A DNA stretch of 64,000 nucleotides from Pristiophorus japonicus (lineage: Eukaryota). Numbering within the stretch: the first letter of the stretch is position 1; each line of letters begins with the position of its first letter. The stretch covers positions 62,744,001 to 62,808,000 of the forward strand of contig NC_091996.1 of the NCBI RefSeq assembly GCF_044704955.1, read 5' to 3'. Under the pieces are notes generated by a model, which did not search any database, had not been told where the DNA came from, and was given only the letters and a program-made list of their open reading frames with translations. The position numbers and the translations under genes are program-made. This document shows positions 49,920 to 61,973 of this stretch, in pieces.

Positions 49920-50400
49920 AGCGAGAAGGAGGACGTCATCATGCTCCCGGCTTATATACCCAGGCCAAACATCGCGAGCTTTCCGAGTGGCCCCTCCGCG
50001 CCGCCATATTGAGTGAGGCAAATCAAAGTTCATCGCAACCTGAGTATCGTAACAAATCAAAACAGCACTTTATTGGAAAAAAGCAACTGAATAGTAAATG
50101 TGTGTGATATATAATCAGCCTATTCGCTGGATTCCAATGGTATTTATTCACCTCCTGCGGCCAGCTGTCATCTGGTGCTGCGAGTTTTGAGGTAAAGGTT
50201 GGGGCCGCCTCTTGCTTTCTCTTATTACTTGTTGGCGTTGGGAGTTTGGGAGGTCAGCATTTTTGACGCCTCTTGTTTTCGCCTTGTTGGCGCCTCTTCC
50301 TTCGCTATGGCCAGTTGTGGGTGCTGGAGGAGTACCGGAAGGCGGAACTGAGTGTTGTGGCAGTCACTGCCCCAAAGGGGCGAGGAGTCGGAGGGAGCCG
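49920..50400. promoter_or_regulatory. RPL12/LRSAM1 bidirectional CpG promoter: TATA box (49951-49958, -), CRE-like TGACGTC (49932-49938), TCT/5'TOP pyrimidine initiator (49923-49933, -), YY1 motif (50001-50010), ETS CCGGAAG (~50336)
   Basis: On the minus strand TATATAAG lies ~30 nt upstream of TCCTCCTTCTC, the typical ribosomal-protein promoter geometry. A second YY1 AAATGGCGGC sits at 49560 in RPL12 intron 1. The two ATGs are 687 bp apart and divergent. Confidence 0.85.
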
Positions 50401-50499
50401 CGATATAGCCGCACAGGGACGGTGCTGACGGTCCTTTCCATATCACTCTGCCCCATCGCTGCTGCTCCCCGCCGGGGACTGGCGGAGCCACGTCCCGAA

Positions 50500-50571
50500 A
50501 TGATGTTTTTCTCTGGGAGAAAGAAGCAAGCTGAAGAGGCGCGGAAACGGCTGGAGTATCAGATGTTCCTG
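50500..50571 (+). CDS. LRSAM1: E3 ubiquitin ligase LRSAM1, coding exon 1
   Basis: MMFFSGRKKQAEEARKRLEYQMFL|gtgaga matches the LRSAM1 N-terminus (EEARKRLEYQM); head-to-head with RPL12 as in mammals. Confidence 0.95.
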
Positions 50572-50574
50572 GTG

Positions 50575-51790
50575 AGAGTGGTCCTGGGGAGGGAGGGGGG
50601 AGGTGAGGAAGAGCGGGGAGCGGGTCCTGGGGAGGAAGAGCGGGGGGGGGAACTGGATCGTGGGGGGGGGACTGGATCTTGAGGGGGGCGGGGGGAAGGA
50701 AGAGCGTGTGGGGGGAGGAGGAAGGAAGAGCCGGGGGGGGACTGGTCCTTTGGGGGGGAGAAAGGAAGGAAGAGCAGAGGGGGGAGGAGAGAAGGAAGAG
50801 CGGTGGAGGCTGGACCTTGGGGAGGGGCGGCGTGGGGGGGGGGGGGAAAGAGAAAGAGAAAGAGGAAGGAAGAGTGGGGTGGGACTGGTCCTTGGGAGGC
50901 GGGGGGAAGAAGGAAGAGTGGTGGAGGCTGGTCCTTGGGGGAGAGAAGGAAGAGCGGGGGGGGGGAAGGAAGGAAGAGCGGTGGACGCTGGTCCTTGGGC
51001 GGGGGGGGGGAGAAGGAAGAGCGGTGGGGGCTGGTCCTTGGGAGGCGGGGGGGGGGAAGAAGGAAGAGCGGTGGAGGCTGGTCCTTGGGGGGGGGAAGAG
51101 GAAGGAAGAGTGGGGGGGACTGGTCCTTGGGAGGCGAGGGGGAGGAAGGAAGAGCGGTGGAGGCTGGTCCTTGGGCAGGGGGGGGGGAGAAGGAAGAGCG
51201 GTGGAGGCTGGTCCTTGGGGGGGCGGGGGGGAGAAGGAAGAGCGGTGGAGGCTGGTCCTTGGGGGGCGGGGGGGGGGGAGAAGGAAGAGCGGTGGAGGCT
51301 GGTCCTTGGGGGGGCGGGGGGGGGGGAGAAGGAAGAGCGGTGGAGGCTGGTCCTTGGGGGGGCGGGGGGGGGGGGGAGAAGGAAGAGCGGTGGAGGCTGG
51401 TCCTTGGGGGGGCGGGGGTGGAGAAGGAAGAGCGAGGGAGGCTGGTCCTTGGGGGGGCGGGGGGGGGGAGAAGGAAGAGCGGTGGAGGCTGGTCCTTGGG
51501 GGGGCGGGGGGGGGGGGGAGAAGGAAGAGCGGTGGAGGCTGGTCCTTGGGGGGGCGGGGGTGGAGAAGGAAGAGCGAGGGAGGCTGGTCCTTGGGCGGGG
51601 GGGGAGAAGGAAGAGCGGTGGAGGCTGGTCCTTGGGGGGGCGGGGGTGGAGAAGGAAGAGCGAGGGAGGCTGGTCCTTGGGCGGGGGGGGAGAAGGAAGA
51701 GCGGGGGAGGCTGGTCCTTGGGCGGGGGGGGGGGGGAGAAGGAAGAGCGGGGGAGGCTGGTCCTTGAGGGGGGGTGGGGCGGCGGAGAGG
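50575..51790 (+). repeat. G-rich minisatellite, ~45-50 bp unit (GGTGGAGGCTGGTCCTT-Gn-C-Gn-AGAAGGAAGAGC), roughly 25 copies
   Basis: Directly visible tandem repeat with variable poly-G tracts; source of the long spurious ORFs between 50559 and 51860. Confidence 0.95.
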
Positions 51791-53085
51791 CAGACTGAAA
51801 GCAGGAAACTATAGACCAGTTAGTCTTAACATCTGTGGTTGGGAAAATGCTGGAATCCATTATTAAAGAAGCAGTAGCAGGACATTTAGAAAATCATAAT
51901 ACAGTCAAGCAAAGTCAGCATGGTTTTATGAAAGGGAAATCATGTTTGACAAATTTTCTGAAGTCCTTTGAGGATGTAACGAGCAGGGTGGATAAGAGGG
52001 AACCAGTAGATATCGTGTTTTTGAATTTCGAGAAGGCATTCGATAAGGTGGCACATAAAAGGTTACTGCACAAAATAGGAGCTCACTGGGTTGGAGGTAA
52101 TATATTCGCATGGATAGCAGAGAGTCGGGATAAATGGGTCACTTTCTGTTTGGTAAACTGTAACTAGTGGGATGTCACAGGGGTCAGTGTTGGGGCCTCA
52201 ACTATTTACAACCTGTATTACTGACTTGGATGATGGGGCCGAGTGTAATATAGCCAGATTTGCTGATGATACAAAGATAGGTGAGAAAACAAGTTGTGAA
52301 GAGGACACAAAGAATCTGAAAAGGGATCGGTTCTAGGTTATGTGTATGGGTAAAAAATTGGAAGATGGAGTATAATGTATAATGCTGTGGAACAGAGGGA
52401 TCTGGGGGTCCTTGTACAAAAAATTAGTCTGCAGGTACAGCAAGTAATTTGGAAGGCAAATGGAATGTTGGCCTTTATTGCAAGGGGATGGAGTATAAAA
52501 GTAGGGAAGTCTTGCTACAACTGCTGGTGAGACCACACCTGGAGTACTGCATACAGTTTTGATCTCCTTATTTAAGGAGGGGATATATCATCATCATATA
52601 CTTGCATTGGAGGCAGTTCAGAAAAGGTTCACGAGGTTGATTCCTGAGATGAAGGGGTTGCCTTATGAAGAAAGGTTGAGCTGTTGAACCTATACTCATT
52701 GGCGTTTAGAAGAATAAAAGGTATAAGATTCTGAGGGGGCTGGACAGGGTAGATGCAGAGAGAACGTTTCCCGTCATGGGAGAATCTAGAACTAGGGACC
52801 ATAGTTTCAGAATAAGGGGTTGCCCATTTAAAACAGAGATGAAGAGGAATTTCTTCTCTGAGGGTCACGAATCTTTGGAATTCTCTACCTCTGAGAGCTG
52901 TTGAGGCTGGGTCATTGAATATATTTAAGATAGAGATAGACAGATTTTTGAACAATGGGGGAATCGAGGATTGCAGGGTGCGGGCAGGAAAGTACAGTTG
53001 AGGCCAAGACCAGATCTGCGATGATATTGAATGGCGGAGTAAGCTCAAGGGGCCAAATGGCCTACTCCTGCTCCTATTTCTTTTA
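51790..53085 (+). mobile_element. 5'-truncated CR1 LINE in LRSAM1 intron 1
   Basis: VGKMLESIIK...QHGFMKGKSCLTN...AFDKV; tail cctactcctgctcctatttc. Other CR1 3' fragments at ~30460-30765, 33320-33450, 48760-48920, 53860-54170, 54430-54600, 56620-56970 and 59485-60010. Confidence 0.88.
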
Positions 53086-55205
53086 TAACTCTTGTGAAAC
53101 TAGAGGTAGTGGGAATGTAGGTGAGAACATGGGCCACACACTGTGGGTGACTTGTGTGTTCATGAATGGTGGATTGGGGGGGGGGTGGGCGGGGGGTTGT
53201 GGTGGCAGGTGCAGGTGAGGTCAGCCAGCAACACATTGGGACAATTGAGATTAAGGATTTCCTGAGTGTAAAGTTTCATATGATCAAATTGGATGTGCAG
53301 ATGACTTTTCTCTGTAATAAAGTTATCTTTTATTTACCCCATATTAGATCTGCACGCACCCTTGCTAGCAGATAAGCTGGGTGATTAATGCACTCTCCCC
53401 CTCCTCCACCTTTGCCAATTCTCTATTGAGTGTTTTGCATTCCATTCCCTGACATATATTCTTGGTTTTAATGGTGTGTATAAGTTTGATGGTCTTTTCC
53501 TGTCCTTTTTTGTATGTTCATAACTTGGCTTGGGCTGGCAAGTTGCAAATACGTGCCAGCCAACAACAGTCTCCAACAAGAGAAAGTCCAACCACCATTT
53601 CTGACCTTCAATGGCACCGCCATTGCTAAACCTTCCACCATCAACGTGTTGGAAGATTACTACTAATGAGCTTAACTATAGCAGCCATCCGTGGCTACAA
53701 GGGTAGAACAAGGCTGGGCACTTTGTTATGAGCGTCGGACTGTTTAACCATGGACGGCTTAGCTCCTGAGTCCTGACCCCTCAGTCTCTCCACAACAAGG
53801 CTCAAGTTGTGTGGTGGAATACTTACCATTTGCCTGGTTGGGTGGGGGCTTTTTTTCTCTTTAGAAAAGAGAATACTGAAGAGGTCTTTAAAATGATGAA
53901 TGAATTGGATAGGTAAATGCAAAGAGATTGTTTCCACTTGGGGGAGAATCCAAAACTAGGGGCCCATAAATACAAGGTGGTTACCAATAAATCCAGTAGG
54001 CAAATAAGGAGAAATGTCTTTACTCAGAGTGTTTAGAATGTGGAACTTGCTACCACAGGAAGTTGTTGAGGCAAATTGTGTGGAAGCTTTCAAGGGGAAA
54101 TTAGATGAGTACATGAGTGAAAGATGTAATCAGCACAGATTAGTTGGGCCGAATGGCTTGTTTCTGTGCTTAGAATTACACAGAATATACATGAAATATC
54201 TTGGACCTAGAGCCCGTATGGCGGCGTTTCTTCTCCTATCTCCTTGTGATGCAGGCTGTTAAGTGCCTACAGGCTGCATCACCTGAGCACTCCACTTTAA
54301 GTCACTGAACAAACAGCTGGTTGGGGGGGGGGGAGGGGATGAGAAGTTTAGAGTTTTCACACTGTAATCTGTGCAGATCTAAATCACAGCTACAACAGTG
54401 CTGGTCTGTAGTGTACCGTATTCTGTATTTAACATAAGAACATGGAACAGGAGCAGGCCATCTAGCCCTTCGAGCCTACTCCGCCATTCAACAAGATCAT
54501 GGCTGATCTGGCCGTGGACTCAGCTCCACTTACCCGCCCGCTCCCCATAACCCTTAATTCCCTTATTGGTTAAAAATCTATCTATCTGTGATTTGAATAT
54601 ATTTATATACACCAGCCTGCCAGAGGAATTGTAGCTGCTGTGGGTTACATAGTATTACAATAGTCTTGGCAACACAGAAACAGGTCATTTGGCCCAACTG
54701 CTCTGTGCCAGCATTTATGCTCCACGCGAGCCTCGTTCCACCCAACTCCATCTCAACCTACCAGCATATCCTTCGATTCCTTTCTCCTTCATGTACTTGT
54801 ATATCTTCCCCTTAAGTGCAGCAACTAGGTTGGTCACTGAGTGCATGTGTATATTCATTCCTTCTCCTCCCCCTACTCCTTACTCCCTCCGCTCTCACTT
54901 TAATGAAAGTGTCGACCCTCCTACAATAAACAGATGAATCCTTCATTCAGACAGTGTTTGAAGCAATGCCCTACCAGCTCATTTTGTTACTATCTCATGG
55001 CACAATTTCATCCCACAAGGGGCTTTTCCGACAGAGAGTTAACTAAGGGTGTGTTAACAAAAAGTGTGTGAAAGCAACAGCTGATCAGAGTACGTGGGGC
55101 ATGGGGGCATCTTCCTTTCTAGCTCTGTGTATCTTTGTATTTGCAATATTAACTGCAAGTTTTAAATATGCTCAAAATCCAACGTTCCCTTTCCCTTTTG
55201 TCCAG

Positions 55206-55262
55206 GCCCGCGAAGCAGGTGCAGACGACATCCTGGACATATCGAGGTGCGAGCTGTCTGAG
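55206..55262 (+). CDS. LRSAM1: LRSAM1 coding exon 2
   Basis: tccag|AREAGADDILDISRCELSE|gtaagc; 57 nt. Confidence 0.96.
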
Positions 55263-55399
55263 GTAAGCTGTGACTGAGGTGGTCAGGGTGGCCCCTGGTC
55301 ACTGTTATAATTACCTGTTCCATTAGTCAGCAAGGCAGCCTGTCCTGTTGGTGGACTGTGCTAAGGAGGTGTAGGTACACTGTGTCTACTAAGTTCTTT

Positions 55400-55826
55400 A
55401 AAGAAAGTACTTGCATTTATATAGTACCTTTCATGACCTCGGGATGTCTTAAAGCACTTTACACCCAATTATTGTCACTGTTATAATGCAGTTAATTTGC
55501 GCACAGCAAGGTCCCAGAAACAGCAATGCGATAATGACCAGATAATCTGTTTGTGATGTTGGTTGACGGATAAATATTAGCCAGGACACCGGGGAGAAAC
55601 TCCCCTGCTCTTCAAATAGAAACTCCCCTGCTCCTCTTGGCATCTTTTATGTCCACCTGAGAGAGCAGATGGGGCCTCGGTTTAACGTCTCATCCGAAAG
55701 ATGGCATCTCCCGACAGTGCAGCAGTCCTGCAGCGGGAGTGTCAGCCTGTGCTTAAGTCTCTGGAGTGGGACTTGAACCCACAACCTCCTGACTCAGAGG
55801 CCAGACTGCTACCCACTGAACCACAG
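55400..55826 (-). mobile_element. tRNA-derived Deu-domain SINE (SacSINE1-like)
   Basis: Same structure as 17700-18153 (gggttcaagtcccactccag; ctttcggatgagacgttaaaccgagg). Confidence 0.8.
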
Positions 55827-56469
55827 TGGACACCTGGACCACCTTGTGGGCGAGGCCTTCTGAACACGCTTGCACGTGTTAGCCTGGCTCGGGGGAAGCT
55901 GAGATGCACTAGTTAGAGTCGTACAAAGACACTGGGGTGAGTGGAGGCTTAGCGTGTAATATAATGGGAGTGGATAACAGTGCGCCTGATGCAGAAATAG
56001 CAGAGATCTGTAGAACATGAGATCCCCTTTTCTCCCCTTACTCCTCTCCTGAAGACTGCCCCATGTTGGGATACAGTTCAAAGGTCGGGCACTGTCCATC
56101 TAAGTGGCTTTTCCTCATGTGAGTATAAACACAGTTTTGTTGCATTGTTCAACTGTTGGGGGCATCAGTAAAGCCTGATTGTCCCCTCTCCCACAATCAA
56201 AACATGACTTCCAGCTGGAGTTGCTGGGTATGGATCAGCAGTGGGAATGATGGCTGATTCTCTAACTCCCTCTTGTGTAGGGTCCTCGCCACCACTGTGG
56301 TCATTATATGCACTCGGAGTGGGTCTGGGACACAGACCCGTATTCTAAGGTCGTACGTTTCAATGTGCCAAGAATTGAAGGACCTGATCAGTGAGTGATG
56401 GATTCTTTTAAAGTTATTTGGACAGGATCCTGCAGCTGTATTGTTTATTGTTCAATCTTGTGTCCTCAG

Positions 56470-56514
56470 ATACCAGTCAGTGTCTTTTCCATGTGCAGAG
56501 TCTTACATAAGAAG
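56470..56514 (+). CDS. LRSAM1: LRSAM1 coding exon 3
   Basis: ctcag|IPVSVFSMCRVLHKK|gtagga; 45 nt. Confidence 0.92.
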
Positions 56515-56984
56515 GTAGGAGCTCTCCGTGTGTGCCTGCCTCTCCGTGTGTGCCCGCGCATGTCCCTGTGTGTGCCCGCACGCGCTCCTCTCTTCTCTTC
56601 CAGCCCCACCCCACCCTGTCTATCTCCACTTTAAATATATTCAGTGACCCAGCCTCCACAGCTCTCTGGGGCAGAGAATTCCATAGATTTACAACCCTCT
56701 GTGGGAGGAAATTTCTCCTCATCTCAGTTTTAAATGGGCAGCTCCTTATTCTGAGATTATGTCCCCTAGTTTTAATTTCCCCTATGAGTGGAAATATCCT
56801 CTCTGCATCCACCTTGTCAAGCCCCCTCGTTATCTTATATGTTTCAATAAGATCGCCTCTCATTCTTCTGAACTCCAGTGAGCATAGGCCCAGCCTACTC
56901 AACCAATCCTCCATAAGTCAACTCCCTCATCTCCGGAATCAACCTAGTGAACCTTCTCTGAACAGCCTCCTATGCAAGTAAACT

Positions 56985-58192
56985 ATGGTAAACTATTTCC
57001 TCTCATCCTTCACGACCTGTCAGTAGCCTTTGACACGTTGGCCACTCCATCCTTCTCCAAAGCCTCTCCTCCATTGTCCAGCTGGGTGGGATTACACTCG
57101 CCTGGTTCTATTCTTATCTATCTAATCGTAGCCCGAGAATCATCTGCAATGATTTCTCTTCTCACTCCTGCATTGTTACCTCTGGAGTCTCCCAAGGATC
57201 TAGCCTTGCCCCCCTCCCATTTCTCATCTACATGCTGTCCCTTGGTGACATCATCCAAAAAACAGCATCTGTTTCCACATGTACGCCTGCGACACTCAGC
57301 TCTACCTCACTATCACTTCTCTCGACCTCTCCACGGTCTCTAAATTGTCAGACTGCTTGTCCGACATCCAGTACTGGATGAGCAGAAATTTCCTCCAACT
57401 AAATATTGGGAAGACTGAAACTATTGTCTTTGTTCCCTAGCCACCAACTCCTTCCCTCTCCCTGGCATCTGTCTGAGGCTGAACCAGACAGTTCGCAACC
57501 TTGGTGACGTATTTGATCTGAGAGGAGCTTCCGATCACACATCTGCGCCATCAATAAGACCGCCTATTTCCACCTCCGTAACATCGCCCAACTCCACCCC
57601 TGCCTCAGCTCATCTGCTGCTGAAGTCCTCATCCATGTCTTTCTTGCCTCTAGACTTGACTGTTCCAACGCACTTCTGGCTGGCCTCCCACATTCTACCC
57701 TCCATAAACTTATTCTCATCCAAACACTGCTCTGCGTATCTTAACTCGTATCAAGTCCCGTTCACCCAGCACCCCTGTGCTCGCTGACCTACATTGGCTG
57801 CCGGTTAAGCAACTCCTTGTTTTCAAATCCCTCCATGGCCTCGTCCATCCCTATCCCTGTAACCTCCTCCAGCCCTACAACCCTCTGAAATATCTGTACT
57901 CCTCCAGTTTCAGCCTCTTGCCCACCCCTGATTTTGTTCACTCTGCCATTGGCGACCGTGCCTTCAGCTGCCGAGGCCCTTAGCTCAGGAATTTCTTCCC
58001 TAAACCTCTCCTCTCTACCTCTCTTTCCTCCTTTATGACACTCCTTGAAACCAATCTCTTTCACCAAGCTTTTGGTCATCCACCATAATATCTCTTTGTG
58101 TGGCTCGGTGTCAAATTATTTTTGATGTTTCTGTGAAATGCCTTGGGATGTTTTACTACGTTAAAGGCGCTGTATAAATGCAAGTTGTTGTT
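56985..58192 (+). mobile_element. L2-like LINE 3' portion in an LRSAM1 intron
   Basis: DLSVAFDT RT motif, LADLHWLPVKQ C-terminus and tail ataaatgcaagttgttgttg. Confidence 0.85.
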
Positions 58193-58535
58193 GAGTTGAG
58201 ACAGATTCCTGCCCTGTTAGTGGTCAACCAGCTCAGCACAGGTTGTGGATTAAACTTGGGCATTCCTGGTCAGTATGTTCAGTTACTGACTTGATTAAAC
58301 CCACTAACCAATCGGGAAAGACTTATCTCTCAGTATTTAATATGGAATAGTCAGCTTTGCACTATCTTCAGCTGTCTGGTTAATCATGAACCTGTTCCAC
58401 AAAAAGTCCTGTTGATTATTATAATGTCTCCTGAGAATGTGGCTGCAATTTACATAAACGCCCTCTGAACCTTCTCTCCTGTTTTCATCTCATTTTAATC
58501 ATGGGTTTAATTGCGCTAGGGATCTCCCCACCCCT

Positions 58536-58712
58536 ATTCCCAGGGCAGGTACAGTACAGGTTAGATACAAAGTAAAGCTCCCTTCACATTGTCCCATCAA
58601 ACACTCCCAGGGCAGGAACAGTACGGGTTAGATACAGAGTAAAGCTCCCTTCACATTGTCCCATCAAACACTCCCAGGACAGGTACAGCAAGGGTTAGGT
58701 ACAGAGTAAAGT
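58536..58712 (+). repeat. ~68-bp tandem repeat, ~2.5 copies (ctcccagggcaggtacagtacgggttagatacagagtaaagctcccttcacattgtcccatcaaaca)
   Basis: Direct repeats visible; a decayed partial unit also lies at ~25055-25095. Confidence 0.85.
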
Positions 58713-59032
58713 CCTGATGATGTGCTTCAGCCCCCAGCAGAGTGAGATTTCCATTTCTCACATCAATGGCTCCAAGTCTGGTTGCCATTTAGTGACAAAT
58801 CATCTGCAGTTTTGGTGCTGTGGGTCACCGGCATTGGCTTCAGTTTCTTGAAGTGGAACCTGCGAATCCTGTGTGACCTGTTAATTTTTCCCTGCCTTTG
58901 ATTCAGTTTTACCTCCTTTGACATGTCTGCGTGCTTTGTGCATTGTCAGCAGTGTGACTGGCAAACCCGTGTTGGTGTGAGGCTGCACTGTGTCTGATGG
59001 AGCTTCATTGATCGGCTCTGTTTGTTTAACAG

Positions 59033-59110
59033 GTCTTAATTGTTCATACCAATCACTTGGCAACACTACTGCCCAAGTCATGTAACATCCAGGACCTGTC
59101 AATGCTGAAG
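59033..59110 (+). CDS. LRSAM1: LRSAM1 coding exon 4 (LRR)
   Basis: aacag|VLIVHTNHLATLLPKSCNIQDLSMLK|gtaagt; 78 nt. Confidence 0.95.
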
Positions 59111-60294
59111 GTAAGTGCGGGGTTAAGCTGCTTGTCTGGCTGCTGCTGGTTTAAATTACACCTAATGTACTTATGGACAGCTGCAGATCTCAGGGGATCG
59201 CAGTCCAGAATACTTTCCAATTCTCGGTTCAGTTTGGTATGTGTACATATATGCTCTCTCGCTCCCCTCCCTCCCTCGCCTCCCAAAACTATATGTTGTG
59301 GTATTTTGAATCTATTCTATTGACTGCATAAAGTGGAAGTGACTGATTCACAGGTGACCCATTCTACAATGTTCTCTGTATTCGTCCTGCATATTTATCT
59401 TTACCTCACACCTCCCGTGCGACATTCCCACCAAGAATTGTAGCGGTTAAAGGAGAAGGCGGCTCACCAGCAAGGGCGGCTAGAAACACAGAAACGTAGA
59501 AACATAGAAAATAGGTGCAGGAGTAGGCCATTTGGCCCTTCGAGCCTGCACCGCCATTCAATAAGATCATGGCTGATCATTCCCTCAGTACCCCTTTCCT
59601 ACTTTCTTTCCATACCCCTTGATCTCTTTAGCCATAAGGGCCATATCTAACTCCCTCTTGAATATATCCAATGAACTGGCATCAACAACTCTCTGCGGCA
59701 GGGAATTCCACAGGTTAACAATTCTCTGAGTGAAGAAGTTTCTCCTCATCTCAGTCCTAAATGGCCTACCCCGTATCCTCAGATTGTGTCCCCTGGTTCT
59801 GGACTTCCCCAACATCGGGAACATTCTTCCCGCATCTATCCTGTCCAGTCCCGTCAGAATCTTATATGTTTCTATGAGATCCCCTCTCATCCTTCTAAAC
59901 TCCAGTGAATAAAGGCCCAGTTGATCCAGTCTCTCCTCATATGTCAGTCCAGCCATCCCTGGAATCAGTCTGGTGAACCTTCGCTGCACTCCCTCAATAG
60001 CAAGAACGTCCTAGGGGATGGCAATAAATGCCGGCTTTGCTTGCAATGCCCACATCCCGTAAACAAAAATATAAAATTATTTGCACACCAGAATACTTTA
60101 TTTTTATTTTTGTAGCCTGTTGACGCTTGTCATTCTGTTACCAGCTTTAGTGGGTGGAGTGACTCACTGAGGGTGCGGGGAATGAGCGAGAAGGTCAATG
60201 ACCGTGAGACAATGTGTGGCTGTGTTGCGTTTGGCATTGATTTCAATTTAAAGGTGTTTGTGGAGATTGTTACTGTCATGTTTCTTGCTTTCAG

Positions 60295-60363
60295 ATTCTG
60301 GATCTCCATGGTAACCGCCTCACCTCGCTCCCCGAGGATATGGGTCAGCTCTTCTCTCTTCAG
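60295..60363 (+). CDS. LRSAM1: LRSAM1 coding exon 5 (LRR)
   Basis: ttcag|ILDLHGNRLTSLPEDMGQLFSLQ|gtaaaa; 69 nt. Confidence 0.95.
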
Positions 60364-61888
60364 GTAAAAAAAAAAGAGTTCTTAAGAGTTCTACCAGAAG
60401 TGAGAGTGCTTTAAGTTAATGAGAACCATCGTCCAGGTGTTTCTCACAAATTGGGGCAAGGGGTTTGCTTTAATGGGAGAGCAATCCCCCCCCCCCCCCC
60501 CCCCCCCCCGTTGCAAATCTGTCTGCTTCCTCCGACAGTAGGCAGGACGAATGTTGAGAGTTTTACCTTTTGCCTTTGACTGTTGTCATTCGGGTCCGCC
60601 TGCTCAGTTTTGATCCCAGTTCCCTCCCCCCATCCCTGCCTTGTCTTCCCCTCTGTAGTTGCTTCTGTCGGGCTCCCCAGTTAAACATGATGACGTCCCT
60701 CTATTGGAGGGGACTCGATGGAGGACACATTTTGCTGCAGACCCTTTCGAGTGGGACTGAGCTGCTTGTTGTTACAGGAGCCGTGTCAGAAGGCAGATAA
60801 ACTGCTCTTTGGCTCCAAGGTAGTTTGGTGAGGCATCACAACAAAAAGTTGCATTTATATGGTGCCTTTAACGTAGGAAAGCATCCCAAGGAGCTTCACA
60901 GTAGCGTAATCAGACAGAAATTGACACCAAGCCCAAGGAAGAAACATTAGCAGGGGTGACCTTTGGGATGTTTTCCTACCTTAAAGGTGCTATATATAAG
61001 CTTGGTCAGGAAGCTGGGTCTTTAAGGAACAGAGAGGTCAAAGGAGGGAATTCCAGTATTTGGGGCTTAGACTTCTAAAGGCACGGCTGCTGATGTCATC
61101 CCAAAATCCTTCCTTCCTTCCTTTTTGTTTTGCCAATTTAACCGAGCTACACATTTTCCTCTGATCATCCCTCTGGAAAGTGCTGACTTGTGTTTCCGTG
61201 GGCACCAGAAGCCTTTGTCACCTCTGTCATGTGGCCATTCTCCATATGAGTCCAGGCAGCGAATGGTGGCAAGCTATTTGACTGTGGAGGAATCATTGCT
61301 TATCCATGTCCTGTCCTCTCTCGACATGTGCACTTTCCAACACAAGTCACGGGATAAGAACTAGATGCCTGCCTATTGTTTTCCTCCCACCCTCTGCAAC
61401 TCAGTGATACTGAGGCCAACTGTAACGCCCTTACTGATGCCGCCCCCCACTAAGCTCAGCTATTGAATTACTTTGAAGTGCAGCAATTTTATGTAGATAA
61501 ACATGGCCACCATCTTGTGCACAGTAAAGTTGCAGCAAATGAATGATGGTACACTAGGTTTCTTCAGCGGTGTTGATTGAGGGAAAAATTCAGTCGGACC
61601 TCCCTGCTGCTTCTCGACTGGTACCTTGGGATCTTTGATTCAGCTGAAATTCGGCACCTCCAACAATTGGGTGCCTAAGTCTTAACGATTAGGATGGGTA
61701 ATGAGAAGGGATTGTTCTGTTGTGATCTGGAACAACATAACGGGTTCTTATTGATCATCAAACAATTGGGGCACGCCCGCTTCAAGTGATTGATGTTATT
61801 CGCCCAGATCCTGTGCGTGTAGAGTTGGTGTTTGTCGTCTTGTCCTGCCATGCCTGCCCTCCACTAATGTTTTTTGGTAATATTTCAG

Positions 61889-61973
61889 GTGCTCAACGTG
61901 GAACAAAACCAATTGAAATCTCTCCCCAGCTCGCTCGCGACCTTGGCCCAGCTTCAGACGCTTAATCTAAAAG
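61889..61973 (+). CDS. LRSAM1: LRSAM1 coding exon 6 (LRR)
   Basis: ttcag|VLNVEQNQLKSLPSSLATLAQLQTLNLK(G)|gtaaca; 85 nt. Confidence 0.95.

Noticed and set aside
50212-50682. 156-aa ORF as an N-terminally extended LRSAM1
   Set aside because: It starts at a non-ATG codon, homology begins only at the ATG at 50500, and it reads through the donor at 50571.
50575-51790. CRISPR-like repeat array
   Set aside because: No unique spacers (only poly-G length variation), vertebrate context and no cas genes.
50559-51860. Long Pro-rich and Gly/Arg-rich ORFs of 331-433 aa
   Set aside because: Translations of the G-rich minisatellite, open in several frames on both strands, inside LRSAM1 intron 1.
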